From Acholeplasmatales bacterium (GTDB lineage Bacteria; Bacillota_I; Bacilli_A; Acholeplasmatales; Anaeroplasmataceae), in the NCBI GenBank assembly GCA_017462645.1, contig JAFTQR010000015.1:1-58284 (forward strand): a DNA stretch of 58,284 bases, written 5' to 3'. The notes beneath the pieces are model-generated. The model was given only the letters and a program-made list of their open reading frames with translations. It made no database searches and had not been told where the DNA came from. The translations under genes and the position numbers were made by a program. Shown piece by piece: positions 56,757 to 58,284 of the stretch; position 1 is the stretch's first letter, and each line of letters opens with the position of its first letter.

Positions 56757-57497
56757 TTACAAACTATATAGCTTCTTTACCTCATGAGGCTTTAGCATTC
56801 TATATTCACCAACACTTAATCCCTCAAGCGTTATACCACCAAATGCAACTCTTTTAAGCTTCTTTACCTCATAGCCAATAGCCTCGCACATTTTGCGAAC
56901 CTGTCTATTTCTACCCTCAGTTATCGTTAATAAAATTAATGATGAATTATGAACCTTATCAATATCTAAAACCTCAACCTTGCTACGCTTAGTCATAACA
57001 CCATCAATCATAACACCCTTCATTAATCTAACAACAGCATCCTGATCAATTCTACCATTAACTCTTACCTGGTATGTTTTTTCAACCTCTTTAGCTGATT
57101 TAGTTAAACGATATGATAATTCACCATCATTTGTTAATAATAGCACTCCTGATGTATCATAATCTAATCTACCAACTGGGAAAATTCTAGTTTTCTTTGT
57201 TTCGTTATCAATTAAATCCATTACGATTCTTCTACCTAATGGATCACTAACAGCAGTTAAATATCCTGTAGGCTTATTTAGAACATAGTAAACAAGATTT
57301 TGTCTTTGTAAAGGCTTATTATCAACCTCTATATAATCCTTCTTACCTACCTTTGTTCCTAATTCTGTTACAACAGCTCCATTTACTTTCACTCTACCCG
57401 ATGAAATATACTCCTCACATTTTCTTCTTGAAGCAACTCCACAGGCAGCCATTACCTTTTGTAATCTCTCTTTATTATCATCCACGACAATCACCAC
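56757..57497 (-). CDS. rluB: 23S rRNA pseudouridine synthase (RsuA/RluB family)
   Basis: S4 domain ERLQK..ASRR, GRLDYDTSG, EGRNRQVR. Start may be the GTG at 57485. Confidence 0.93.
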   Translation of the reverse strand: MVIVVDDNKERLQKVMAACGVASRRKCEEYISSGRVKVNGAVVTELGTKVGKKDYIEVDNKPLQRQNLVYYVLNKPTGYLTAVSDPLGRRIVMDLIDNETKKTRIFPVGRLDYDTSGVLLLTNDGELSYRLTKSAKEVEKTYQVRVNGRIDQDAVVRLMKGVMIDGVMTKRSKVEVLDIDKVHNSSLILLTITEGRNRQVRKMCEAIGYEVKKLKRVAFGGITLEGLSVGEYRMLKPHEVKKLYSL

Positions 57498-57545
57498 CTT
57501 ATAAAATTATACTAAAAAACACAATAAAATACAATGAAAATAATT

Positions 57546-58043
57546 TTATAATATATATAAATATATTATCAAGCATATTACAAAGCATATTATGTCACAT
57601 AATATTCCTATTTTATACGCATGCCTAGTCTTTTTTATGCCAATAACACCAAAATACAATCCCATAACATAAATTGTTGTATCACTTCCACCCTGAAGAA
57701 TAGCTGCAATAATACCCTCATTACTATCAACACCATATTCTGTTATAGTTTGCATCATAAGAGAAAGTGATGCATGTGAGGATACAGGTCTAAATATACC
57801 CTGCATATATATTTCATTGGGTATATATGATGTAGACAATAAATCATCTAATAAATAAGATGCTTTAAATACTGCAACAGCTACATACATAACCAATAAA
57901 TATGGTAAAATGGATAACCCCATTTGCATTGATTCCTTAGCACCCTCAATAAATGATGTGTAAGCATCATTCCTCTTTATCAAAGAAAAAATCATTACTA
58001 TTCCAATAAAGAAAATAATTACATAATAGCTAGCCTCTTGCAA
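57546..58043 (-). CDS. spmB: Spore maturation protein B
   Basis: YTSFIEGAKE, RPVS, GGSDTTIYVMGLYFG, KKTRHA. Confidence 0.9.
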   Translation of the reverse strand: MQEASYYVIIFFIGIVMIFSLIKRNDAYTSFIEGAKESMQMGLSILPYLLVMYVAVAVFKASYLLDDLLSTSYIPNEIYMQGIFRPVSSHASLSLMMQTITEYGVDSNEGIIAAILQGGSDTTIYVMGLYFGVIGIKKTRHAYKIGILCDIICFVICLIIYLYIL

Positions 58044-58284
58044 ATTTTCTCACTCCCATATCTAATGTAATTGCACATACCGTACATATTATTGAAACAA
58101 TTAAAATATAAGGCACAATAATAGTCGGATTACCACTTTCAAATTGTGTTCTTATAGCTAAAAGGGTTGTAGGTATTAAACAAAGCCCAGATGTATTAAT
58201 AACTAAAAAGGTAATCATTTCATCTGATGCAGTATCACTATGATTATTTATTTTATCTAGCTCCTTCATAGCTAATAATCCAAA
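58030..58284 (-). CDS. spmA: Spore maturation protein A (5' part outside the window)
   Basis: FGLLAMKEL...ASDEMITFLVINTSGL.LIPTT..AIR; the frame is open to the window edge. Confidence 0.9.
   Translation of the reverse strand, partial: FGLLAMKELDKINNHSDTASDEMITFLVINTSGLCLIPTTLLAIRTQFESGNPTIIVPYILIVSIICTVCAITLDMGVRKFARG

Noticed and set aside
1231-57628. Short opposite-strand or overlapping ORFs in the track (e.g. 1231, 3685, 5850, 6517, 10403, 16753, 17207, 17924, 20827, 23484, 25131, 29217, 32666, 33757, 39535, 41714, 45221, 52138, 53999, 54575, 57353)
   Set aside because: Antisense shadows of well-supported genes, with no recognisable motifs
1-58284. CRISPR array, tRNA/rRNA, IS/integrase, prophage or defence island
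   Set aside because: No spaced repeats, cloverleafs, transposase/integrase or phage motifs seen; gene content is core chromosome
1-58284. Genetic code 4 (TGA=Trp)
   Set aside because: Trp is encoded by TGG in conserved positions, and TGA ends genes normally (25588-25590 ATGA overlap; recQ 17155-17157)

Overview
AT-rich chromosomal core region of a low-GC Bacillota/Mollicutes-like bacterium. Gene style suggests an Acholeplasmatales/Anaeroplasmataceae-type gut lineage, but this is inference only. The genetic code is standard: TGG codes Trp, and TGA is a real stop in the fumarase alpha gene and recQ. Content: pyrBC with a PyrR attenuator, tmcAL, two MATEs, a CPA2 antiporter, htpG and lon (each with a CIRCE box), proS, rnj, a GGDEF gene under a c-di-GMP-I riboswitch, recQ, potABCD, cysE, fumarase/malic enzyme, phoH, tig, a GH28-AEC pair, lysine-riboswitch-controlled lysA-dapF-dapA-dapB plus asd-lysC, and the Bacillus-like spmAB-rluB-cmk-rpsA-der-gpsA-spoVIF block. 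I saw no mobile elements, CRISPR, tRNA or rRNA. Most notable observations: (1) an 866-aa protein with a 3x4-TM membrane domain, a long acidic linker, a DUF5655-like domain and a C-terminal ribosomal uL15-like domain; (2) an I-site-less diguanylate cyclase under an apparent c-di-GMP OFF riboswitch; (3) five intact ORFs that have lost catalytic or substrate-binding residues, including DapF without either active-site Cys; (4) unusual translation-initiation structures, namely a split Shine-Dalgarno at tig, RBS-sequestering hairpins with internal sporulation-type promoters, and a structured potA leader; (5) sporulation genes in this lineage. All calls come from motif recognition by eye; no searches were run.
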